Shown here piece after piece: positions 1 through 5,536 of a stretch of DNA of 6,031 bases; the first letter of the stretch is position 1; each line of letters opens with the position of its first letter. The position numbers were made by a program, and so were the translations under genes. The stretch covers positions 1 through 6,031 of IMG/VR virus record IMGVR_UViG_3300020029_000075, one strand, 5' to 3'. Source of the stretch: a virus. The notes below the pieces were generated by a model. The model was not told the DNA's origin, searched no databases, and saw only the letters and a program-made list of their open reading frames with translations.

Positions 1-121
1 ATCGGCAGACTGCTTACCCCAGAACTTAACACCTTCGGGTGTCGCAGAAAACAGGAACGCAGAGGTGATGAGATGACTCGGGCCAAAGCCGAAGTCATGA
101 AGAGAGTGTCGAATGTGGGAG
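1..121. repeat. Terminal direct repeat, copy 1 (assembly overlap of a circular genome)
   Basis: Bases 1..121 (atcggcagactgcttacccc...gaatgtgggag) match 5911..6031 exactly when compared base by base. The repeat reaches both window ends, as expected for a circular molecule linearised with an overlap. Confidence 0.95.
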
Positions 122-282
122 CGCAGGCGGTCATTAAAGCCTTTGTAAGGCGCGAAAGCATGCTCGTAATTCGCCTTAAAGGCAGCAAATATTCCTCGAC
201 GGACAAGCCACTCGGTGAATGCGTACGCCAAAACGTCAATCAACAGCTCGTTAGTTCTGACACTTTTGCTAGACTTTTTCAT
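1..282 (-). CDS. Hypothetical protein, N-terminal 94 codons of a 106-aa wrap-around ORF (ORF106). It continues across the circular junction into 5910..5872.
   Basis: Manual translation of the minus strand from the ATG at 282..280 gives MKKSSKSVRTNELLIDVLAYAFTEWLVRRGIFAAFKANYEHAFAPYKGFNDRLRSHIRHSLHDFGFGPSHLITSAFLFSATPEGVKFWGKQSAD. It runs off position 1 without a stop. There is an in-frame upstream stop at 303..301, and 282 is the first ATG. It is on the same strand as every other gene, exactly fills the VP2 to ORF107 gap, and has a promoter-like element about 25 nt upstream. The caveat is an equally long, in-register antisense ORF on the plus strand. Confidence 0.5.
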   Translation of the reverse strand, partial: MKKSSKSVRTNELLIDVLAYAFTEWLVRRGIFAAFKANYEHAFAPYKGFNDRLRSHIRHSLHDFGFGPSHLITSAFLFSATPEGVKFWGKQSAD

Positions 283-308
283 GATAGTATGGTTATTGGT
301 TTACGATA

Positions 309-339
309 CAAATATACGGCAAAAAGGGTGAGTAACAAA
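309..339 (-). promoter_or_regulatory. Candidate Bacteroides-type promoter (-33 TTTG / -7 TAnnTTTG) driving ORF106 and ORF107
   Basis: The minus strand reads TTTG(339..336)-ttactcaccctttttgccg (19 nt)-TATATTTG(316..309). This matches both consensus boxes exactly, with 19-nt spacing. It lies in the only non-coding gap (283..362) between the VP2 stop and the ORF106 ATG, with the -7 box ending 26 nt upstream of that ATG. Confidence 0.45.
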
Positions 340-362
340 GTTCAAAAGGTCGGGGAAATTGT

Positions 363-1619
363 TCATTCTTTCCCAGAATAGCTACGACGAGTATAAATAC
401 TGCCGTTCTTATCGCCATACGGGCTATAAATTTCTTTAATCTCCTCATAGCCTTCGGGACCGGTAGGACCTGCGGCCTTACGACTAGCGTACGCAGCGCC
501 AGCAACGCCTGCAGCGGCAGCAAAGGAGCGAACGACGTCGTGAGCAAGACGAAGCCTAGAATTACGCAAATCCCAACGAGTATTACCTACTTCAAGCTGA
601 GCAGCTTCAGCGGCAGCGGTCTTTAGGATAGACGTAGTTTCAGCAACCTTCATCATCTTAGTCTCAACGACTTCACCTTTATCGTTGCGAATCTGAACGG
701 GCACTTCCTTCTCCCAGTTGAGCTCAAACCAATTCTGCAAATCCTTGAGTTCCTGGTAATTAAGCTTCGTCCGAGACTCGGACTCAGCAGCAGCAGAAAC
801 GTTGGATATAGCCGAGGACCAAGCAACCGCAAGGGCGGCACCAGCTTCAGGTTCAAACCAATCATTGGTTTTACGAAGATTCTGATACTTTTCTTCCAGA
901 ATGCCAGCCATAGCCATGATGGAAGACATCTTATAACCTTGAGTGATGTTAGATAGATAGGCGTCAATAGCGACAATTTGAGCTTGTGCCTCACGAAGGT
1001 TGGCGAGCTCACGAGCATCTTTGACATGATGCTCAGCAATCTGCAGCTCAAATTTATCCATCCGTTCACGCCACTCCTGCGTATGGGTGTTACCTCGAAG
1101 ATTAGCAGCCTCTGCATTATCTCGGTCAGCAGCAGCGGTATTACGATCAACCGTAGACTGAGCAATCATATTTTGAGCAATAGAGGTGGGATCAGCAGGA
1201 GCAAAACCACCAGGAGAAATAGGAGATCCGCCCGAAGGTCCGGAAGCAGAGGGCATGGGTGCAGAGCCACCTGACATGGTAGCATTTACGCCAACGCCGG
1301 AAGATCCTAAAACAGCAGCAGGTGTCACGCCAGCCTTTAGATAACGATCGAAAACCTTCGAAGGATCGTTATAGGAGTTTTCATAATCAAACTGCTTCTG
1401 CCAATTAGCATAGGAAAGCTCAGACTGTTTTTGCATTTGCTCTAAAGCATACTTCTGCTGAAGAGCCATTTGTTTTTGCTGAAATCTCCACTGACGGCGA
1501 GCGTTCATGCCGCCAAAAAGCTGACCAATGGCGCCAGTGATTAGACCTGTAGTACCAGTATTTGCAGCAGACTGGCCAAGAGCTTGACCAAAAGACAGAG
1601 CAGCACCAGGAGCAGCCAT
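363..1619 (-). CDS. VP2: Microviridae VP2-like minor capsid / DNA pilot protein (functional analogue of phiX174 H), 418 aa
   Basis: The ORF is 418 aa. The N-terminus is Gly/Ala-rich and hydrophobic (GAALSFGQALGQSAANTGTTGLITGAIGQLFGG). It is followed by a Q/K-rich segment (RRQWRFQQKQMALQQKYALEQMQKQ) and a KAGVTPAAVLG motif resembling the AG(L/V)NP motif of gokushovirus VP2. A long charged, helical, coiled-coil-like centre follows (EWRERMDKFELQIAEHHVKDARELANLREAQAQIV). Size and position relative to VP1 fit VP2. The ATG at 1619 lies 1 nt after the stop of the preceding ORF. Confidence 0.85.
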   Translation of the reverse strand: MAAPGAALSFGQALGQSAANTGTTGLITGAIGQLFGGMNARRQWRFQQKQMALQQKYALEQMQKQSELSYANWQKQFDYENSYNDPSKVFDRYLKAGVTPAAVLGSSGVGVNATMSGGSAPMPSASGPSGGSPISPGGFAPADPTSIAQNMIAQSTVDRNTAAADRDNAEAANLRGNTHTQEWRERMDKFELQIAEHHVKDARELANLREAQAQIVAIDAYLSNITQGYKMSSIMAMAGILEEKYQNLRKTNDWFEPEAGAALAVAWSSAISNVSAAAESESRTKLNYQELKDLQNWFELNWEKEVPVQIRNDKGEVVETKMMKVAETTSILKTAAAEAAQLEVGNTRWDLRNSRLRLAHDVVRSFAAAAGVAGAAYASRKAAGPTGPEGYEEIKEIYSPYGDKNGSIYTRRSYSGKE

Positions 1620-1620
1620 A

Positions 1621-1812
1621 CTATATACGAGTTAAATTATTAGAACGAATAATGTAATCAACGCGAACAGTGTCAATATGAACGCCACTACGCTGCATCC
1701 TAGCCTGAGCAGAACATGACGACAAGAAGAAGGCAGCCAAAGCAGCGACAATGGAAGAAACAAGCGTCCAGAAAGCTTTCGATTTGTAGAAAGGAGTCTT
1801 AGTATCTGACAT
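1621..1812 (-). CDS. Small predicted lipoprotein or membrane protein (63 aa), function unknown; candidate lysis or superinfection-exclusion factor
   Basis: The sequence is MSDTKTPFYKSKAFWTLVSSIVAALAAFFLSSCSAQARMQRSGVHIDTVRVDYIIRSNNLTRI. It has a Lys-containing n-region, an ~18-residue hydrophobic h-region, and L-S-S-C at residues 30-33, which fits the lipobox [LVI][ASTVI][GAS]C. The mature peptide would be about 31 aa. It is on the same strand as the other genes. Its TAG (1623..1621) is 1 nt from the VP2 ATG (TAGTATG), which suggests coupled translation. Confidence 0.65.
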   Translation of the reverse strand: MSDTKTPFYKSKAFWTLVSSIVAALAAFFLSSCSAQARMQRSGVHIDTVRVDYIIRSNNLTRI

Positions 1813-1838
1813 AGTTCAAAAAAAATAAAGAACGATAG

Positions 1839-1916
1839 AAAAATGCGCGGCCTCTCCTGCAGTCGTTACCAATAACCTTCAGAAATTCACGAACTCTTTC
1901 AGAAGGGGTCCGCGCA
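1839..1916 (-). terminator. Long-range GC stem followed by a T-run in the ORF98 to ORF63 intergenic region (terminator- or attenuator-like structure)
   Basis: Plus-strand tgcgcggcc (1844..1852) pairs with ggtccgcgca (1907..1916), giving 9 bp with one bulged t. On the coding (minus) strand the 3' arm is immediately followed by TTTTT (complement of 1839..1843). The enclosed 54-nt segment is unusually large for a canonical intrinsic terminator. Confidence 0.3.
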
Positions 1917-1946
1917 CGTAGCATATATCGTCAAGTAAAGGATGTA

Positions 1947-2243
1947 CTATTTTTCTTCAGAATTAGAGGGCTTCGAGGAGGTCTTAGCCTTATCTAGCTG
2001 AGAATCAATAAGTTCCTGTCCGACTTCAAGACCGTCAAACTTGTCCATACGAGAGAACGAATTAGGGTCGAAGTCGATATCGGGATTGTAACGCTCACCC
2101 TTATCAAAATCAGAAGGCTCTGCCGTCACATCTGGACGACCAGGAAGAATATCAACAGAACCAGAACCGTTAAGAACAGAGAGAATGCGTTGACCGCGGG
2201 AGACATAAGCGGGGGCGTCCTCAAGTAACCAATCAAGTGCCAT
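1947..2243 (-). CDS. Acidic hypothetical protein (98 aa); possible internal scaffolding (VP3-like) protein, judged by position only
   Basis: The ORF starts 12 nt downstream of the VP1 stop on the same strand. It is strongly acidic and D/E-rich (DFDKGERYNPDIDFDPNSFSRMDKFDGLEVGQELIDSQLD). No catalytic motif is recognisable. The scaffolding assignment is inferred from microvirus gene content, not from recognised homology. Confidence 0.65.
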   Translation of the reverse strand: MALDWLLEDAPAYVSRGQRILSVLNGSGSVDILPGRPDVTAEPSDFDKGERYNPDIDFDPNSFSRMDKFDGLEVGQELIDSQLDKAKTSSKPSNSEEK

Positions 2244-2255
2244 AGGATCAATATA

Positions 2256-4046
2256 TTAGCGATTAGACAAACGGGTTGCAAACGTTTTATTAACCAGATT
2301 CTTCTTCTGAACAGAATACGAAAGGTTGATAAAGAAATTATCCTCCTTCTTGGAAGCGAACGGCGAATTTACCTGATTCATATCTACAAACAGAAGGGAG
2401 TAATACTGATTATAGCTCGCAGACAAAACGCGCTGCTGAACCCAATAAGCATAGATAGGCAGAGAGTCAGCGGCACCCTGGAATCGAGACAGCTGGCCAA
2501 GAACCTCATCGTAAGAAGATCGAAACTCGTTAAAGCAAGGTTCGTAAGCTACAGTTTCCGCAGTAGTCGTGGTTCCGAAACCAAACTGGAATCCAGGAAC
2601 GTCCTGATATCCAATATCATTATAAATCGGATTGAAATAGTCAGGGCCGGTGTAATGGAGGTAGTCAGGGTAGATACCTGCCCAATAGTAGACAGGACGA
2701 ATACTCAGCATATCGATCATATAGCCAGGCTCGCGAAAATAATAAGACTGGCGACGACCAAGACGCTCGTTGAAGGCGATAGTACCACCTTGCTGACCAA
2801 GAGGGCCATTAACGCTCGGGCCGGAGAAATTATTTTGACCAGCTTGGTTCATAACGATCTGCACGTTAACGGTCTGTGAAGCACTAAAAAGCAACTTAGG
2901 TCTATCAACATGCTCAATCTTTGACGCAAAAAAGGTTTCCAACCAATCGCTATAACGGGAACCGCCAGCACCAAGTAAGTCCTTGTACTCCTGGAGACGC
3001 GAAGCGATAGCCAACTGCGGTATAGTTGAAACACCGGTCATGGAAACACCTTCAGAACTACCGACGGGAAGCAAGCGACTATAACGGTCAGGATTCGAAG
3101 GTATAACAGCCATCGGATGGGCCACAAGGAATGCTCCAAGCGCAGTGACGGCTGTAGTACCAGCTCCGGTAGCAAACTGATTCGCTGGACCTCCGGCGGT
3201 CAGCGAGGTGCTTCCGGGATAAATGGTAGAAACGGGATAACCATCCTTAGAAGCGGTAATCGTAGCGCCGAGATCTGAGAGTAATATTTGAGAAAAAAGA
3301 TTTCCTCTATTATACGTATTGTTTGACGACGGTATAGCCGAAGGATAGAATTGACTCTCAAAATAAGCATCTAGGAATTCGAGATTGCCAAATCTTTGCG
3401 AGAAGAACGTCTGATTTTCGCTGAACTGAGGAACATTGTACGCGGTACCAGTACTATTGGGGATAAAGTACCAACTACAGGGCCAAGCAAAAGAATAGAG
3501 ACCCCACTGAGAATATCCGTAATAATTACGAACGATATCCCAATAAGCAAGATAAGAATCAGCGGTGCACCAACCTAGAGGGTATCCCAATTGAGCGGTC
3601 GAAAGGTTGGCTGACATAGGGACGTTGCTAGAAGTCGTCGATGGAATAGAAGCTGGAATAATACGCAACCAGCGGAGCAATGAATTTGAGTAAGGATAAT
3701 TGTTAGTGGTGAACGGATAAGAACTGGTTGACGAAGCGGCGACAAAATTCAAGCTTAAATCGTTCATATCGAACTTACTGCTATTTGTCCGCATCTCAGG
3801 GTGATACAGCTGAAGTGGCACCCAAAAACGGTGAAGTCGAACTGTATAGGGATTAAACGTCGGAACAGCGAGAGGATTACTACGCACATCAATGCCTTGT
3901 TCAATAGAAACACGATCCCGAGCATTGATAAAATCGATTCGCACCGGATACAAGATACCCGGTGTGCACGTAAAAGCCTTACTCTCAGGAACATCGTACC
4001 GAGAGTAACCATTTACAGCGTGTGAGATAAAAGGTTGTTTGCCCAT
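2256..4046 (-). CDS. VP1: Microviridae major capsid protein VP1 (phiX174 F-like jelly-roll capsid family), 596 aa
   Basis: This is the largest ORF at 596 aa, within the non-phiX microvirus VP1 size range. Its N-terminal block (YDVPESKAFTCTPGILYPVRIDFINARDRVSIEQGIDVRSNPLAVPTFNPYTVRLHRFWVPLQLY) follows the pattern typical of F/VP1 N-termini. It sits directly after the Rep gene with a 3-nt gap (TAA TTT ATG). Third codon positions are strongly T-rich. Confidence 0.92.
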   Translation of the reverse strand: MGKQPFISHAVNGYSRYDVPESKAFTCTPGILYPVRIDFINARDRVSIEQGIDVRSNPLAVPTFNPYTVRLHRFWVPLQLYHPEMRTNSSKFDMNDLSLNFVAASSTSSYPFTTNNYPYSNSLLRWLRIIPASIPSTTSSNVPMSANLSTAQLGYPLGWCTADSYLAYWDIVRNYYGYSQWGLYSFAWPCSWYFIPNSTGTAYNVPQFSENQTFFSQRFGNLEFLDAYFESQFYPSAIPSSNNTYNRGNLFSQILLSDLGATITASKDGYPVSTIYPGSTSLTAGGPANQFATGAGTTAVTALGAFLVAHPMAVIPSNPDRYSRLLPVGSSEGVSMTGVSTIPQLAIASRLQEYKDLLGAGGSRYSDWLETFFASKIEHVDRPKLLFSASQTVNVQIVMNQAGQNNFSGPSVNGPLGQQGGTIAFNERLGRRQSYYFREPGYMIDMLSIRPVYYWAGIYPDYLHYTGPDYFNPIYNDIGYQDVPGFQFGFGTTTTAETVAYEPCFNEFRSSYDEVLGQLSRFQGAADSLPIYAYWVQQRVLSASYNQYYSLLFVDMNQVNSPFASKKEDNFFINLSYSVQKKNLVNKTFATRLSNR

Positions 4047-4049
4047 AAA

Positions 4050-5120
4050 TTAAATGTTTAGTTGAAGTTTATAATGGTCTCTCCAAAACTGAAGAATATC
4101 CAGGTCTAACCACGTTGGAGGATCAAGATCAGGCATCTTACGAGAAGACGCAGAAAAACGCATTACTTGCTTTTGTTCCCACGTATAAGACGCTCTACGG
4201 GATACGGAGGAATTGAGGTTGAACCGTTCAACACACAAAGACACAATACGCTTAACCAGAGGAGACTTGCTAAAACGTGAATAAGCATCAGCAGCGGTAA
4301 CCGAACGTACGACCTCGTCCTCCGGTTTAAGATATCTAAGATAATATCGAGGGATCGAGTAATTATAATCGATACTCCTCTTAGGATCGTAATAAGACCA
4401 CGACGAAACACGAACAGAAGGACGAGGCATGTAACCAAGAAAATCACCAACGCCAGCAGATACGAATTTTCGCGTATAACGGCGATGCTGGAGGAGGCAA
4501 GATAAAGGTGTAACTTTTCCATCTAAAACGACATTTTGATCAGATATTTCTGTAGGGTTAAATTGAATTTGCTTTGTAACGTATTTGACAACGTATCTCG
4601 CACGCTTATGCGTGCCTTTCGCGAGCCAAACGAAGCCAAGGTCACGGACAGCTGATCGAATTTCATTATACATACAATCGGTTCCAAAGAGAAAGCCGTG
4701 AAAGTGAAGGCGTGGCGCCGAACCTGTCTCTGGATGGGTGCCAAACTCCTGGAAAAACGCATGTTTAAAGGAATGACCGACTTTATGACGAATTCGCTCA
4801 TTCCATCGTCGGATAAACTTAGAAGGATCTCGCAATGCTTCATCATAATACTTCGGTGATATAGTTATTGTAATGAAAATAGCCTGCCGAGACTCAGCTT
4901 TACAACGAGCAAGCTCACGCTCGAGACGAACAAACCAGTCATTACGCAGACGACGCAGGCAGTCATCACATTTTCCGCAGGGGACCATAAGCCACTGGCG
5001 GGCGATATCCCAAGGGCGGAGAGCCAGTGCGGACTTAGCGACATCAGAGCCATTGCGACACGGGTTCTTCTTGTCAAAATAACGACGGTTGCGTATCCAT
5101 ATGGGCGACGAACAAGGCAT
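4050..5120 (-). CDS. VP4: Microviridae VP4 replication initiation protein (HUH rolling-circle endonuclease, phiX174 A-like), 356 aa from the ATG at 5120
   Basis: A Cys cluster PCGKCDDCLRRLRNDWFVRLERE resembles the conserved PCG-C-x2-C...W..R...E block of VP4. RCR motif I is FITITI (4877..4860). Motif II, the HUH motif, is RLHFHGFLF with H-F-H at 4706..4698. Motif III is the two-tyrosine YVVKYVTK (4595..4572). The track start at 5141 is TTG; the first ATG is at 5120..5118, where it overlaps the ORF66 stop as TAATG, so 5120 is preferred. Confidence 0.93.
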   Translation of the reverse strand: MPCSSPIWIRNRRYFDKKNPCRNGSDVAKSALALRPWDIARQWLMVPCGKCDDCLRRLRNDWFVRLERELARCKAESRQAIFITITISPKYYDEALRDPSKFIRRWNERIRHKVGHSFKHAFFQEFGTHPETGSAPRLHFHGFLFGTDCMYNEIRSAVRDLGFVWLAKGTHKRARYVVKYVTKQIQFNPTEISDQNVVLDGKVTPLSCLLQHRRYTRKFVSAGVGDFLGYMPRPSVRVSSWSYYDPKRSIDYNYSIPRYYLRYLKPEDEVVRSVTAADAYSRFSKSPLVKRIVSLCVERFNLNSSVSRRASYTWEQKQVMRFSASSRKMPDLDPPTWLDLDILQFWRDHYKLQLNI

Positions 5121-5320
5121 TACAGTAGACTTTGAAGACAATCAAATTTAACATGGGGATGATCACGGCGACAGCGAACAAGATAGTCGCGTGCGGGTTC
5201 CTCATCGGAAAACCAAGCAATAATAACGCGCCTTTTGCCGCGATATGCGCCAATAGAAAAACGATAGGGGACAGAATTAACTATCGGCGAAAATCTAGGC
5301 CTGTAATCGAAATAATCCAT
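5120..5320 (-). CDS. Small basic hypothetical protein (66 aa) immediately upstream of, and coupled to, VP4
   Basis: The start is the ATG at 5320..5318. The stop TAA (5122..5120) shares a base with the VP4 ATG, giving TAATG. The ORF is on the same strand and begins right after the large intergenic region. The sequence MDYFDYRPRFSPIVNSVPYRFSIGAYRGKRRVIIAWFSDEEPARDYLVRCRRDHPHVKFDCLQSLL has a net positive charge. No family was recognised. Confidence 0.6.
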   Translation of the reverse strand: MDYFDYRPRFSPIVNSVPYRFSIGAYRGKRRVIIAWFSDEEPARDYLVRCRRDHPHVKFDCLQSLL

Positions 5321-5344
5321 AGCTAAAAAAACACATTACACAAC

Positions 5345-5365
5345 GCGAGCCTAAGCGGGCTGCGC
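5345..5365. other. GC-rich hairpin
   Basis: gcgagcc (5345..5351) pairs with ggctgcgc (5358..5365), giving 7 bp with one bulged g around the loop taagcg. On the coding strand it lies 13 nt upstream of a T7 run that precedes the ORF66 ATG. Confidence 0.4.
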
Positions 5366-5461
5366 TGTTTCGGGCCTCGATCTCGCGTCCGCGATATCAT
5401 CGGCTCCGGAAACACTTACTCGCCGCGCTCTTAACGGCTCGAAGGATACATAATAACAGGA

Positions 5462-5493
5462 GAACCTGCAGGAGAAGAGTCTCCCACAGGTTC
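5462..5493. other. Extended hairpin: 12 bp, a 2x2 internal loop and a 4-nt loop
   Basis: gaacctg (5462..5468) pairs with caggttc (5487..5493). ggaga (5471..5475) pairs with tctcc (5480..5484). The two helices are separated by a ca/ca internal loop, and the apical loop is agag. Confidence 0.6.
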
Positions 5494-5536
5494 ACCGTGT
5501 CAAAGGACTCTCCCACCAAGCGGACGGGTTACAACC

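Larger units (their letters stand above)
5321..5536. promoter_or_regulatory. Large GC-rich, hairpin-dense intergenic region; candidate replication origin, complementary-strand priming site or transcription control region
   Basis: The region is 216 nt with no ORF of 60 aa or more. It is visibly more GC-rich than the flanking sequence. It contains several hairpins (5345..5365, 5368..5412, 5462..5493). It also carries the 8-mers caggagaa (5457..5464 and 5469..5476) and tctcccac (5480..5487 and 5509..5516), each present twice and partly complementary to each other. Confidence 0.5.

Noticed and set aside
353-374. 6-bp hairpin (gggaaa/tttccc) spanning the VP2 stop codon, a possible terminator
   Set aside because: The stem is short and AT-heavy with a 10-nt loop, and the T-run on the coding strand is only 4 nt and offset by 5 nt. 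That is too weak to call.
73-381. Plus-strand 102-aa ORF, the only sizeable ORF outside the minus-strand genes
   Set aside because: It is exactly antisense and codon-in-register with the minus-strand wrap-around ORF106, a common source of shadow ORFs. It would be the only gene on the opposite strand in a family where all known genes share one strand, and it overlaps the 3' end of VP2 antisense. Sequence alone does not fully exclude it.
293-547. Minus-strand 84-aa ORF overlapping the VP2 3' end and running into the promoter gap
   Set aside because: It is a +1-frame by-product of VP2 with Leu/Arg/Pro-rich composition, and it would end inside the predicted promoter.
653-1165. 170-aa same-strand ORF in the +1 frame inside VP2, a possible overprinted gene as with phiX174 E or K
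   Set aside because: The product is dominated by Leu, Ser and Arg, the six-codon amino acids typical of out-of-frame translation. The same +1 frame is also unusually open inside VP4 and VP1, so this looks like a genome-wide codon-usage effect rather than a specific gene. Only conservation analysis could rescue it.
978-1274. Plus-strand ORF with an Arg-rich tail (RRNRRSARRSGSRGHG), superficially like a basic DNA-binding J/VP8-type protein
   Set aside because: It is antisense to VP2 within a GC-rich, Ala/Gly-coding stretch that gives Arg-rich antisense translations. It is on the wrong strand and has no start context.
1813-1838. TA followed by T8-G just upstream of the ORF63 ATG, a possible -7 promoter box
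   Set aside because: It does not fit the TAnnTTTG spacing, and it would leave a leader of only a few nucleotides. No -33 TTTG lies at the right distance.
2655-4025. Plus-strand ORFs of 60-74 aa inside VP1 (2655..2879, 3396..3578, 3801..4025)
   Set aside because: They are short antisense ORFs within a confidently called capsid gene and have no independent signals.
4163-5077. Chain of same-strand +1-frame ORFs inside VP4 (4865..5077, 4523..4846, 4163..4522)
   Set aside because: All are in one frame interrupted by stops, and the products are Leu/Ser/Arg/Ile-rich with no motifs. This is the same stop-depleted +1-frame phenomenon seen in VP2 and VP1 (3764..4012, 2849..3034).
5132-5326. Plus-strand 64-aa ORF
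   Set aside because: It is antisense to ORF66 and to the VP4 start, whereas ORF66 has the TAATG coupling to VP4 on the coding strand.
5445-5458. GATACATAATAACA on the plus strand resembles the phiX174 origin core GATATTAATAACA and lies next to the main hairpin
   Set aside because: It is on the strand complementary to the genes, whereas the rolling-circle nick site should be on the mRNA-sense viral strand. The motif is short and AT-rich. I kept it only as a note in case strand polarity is unusual.
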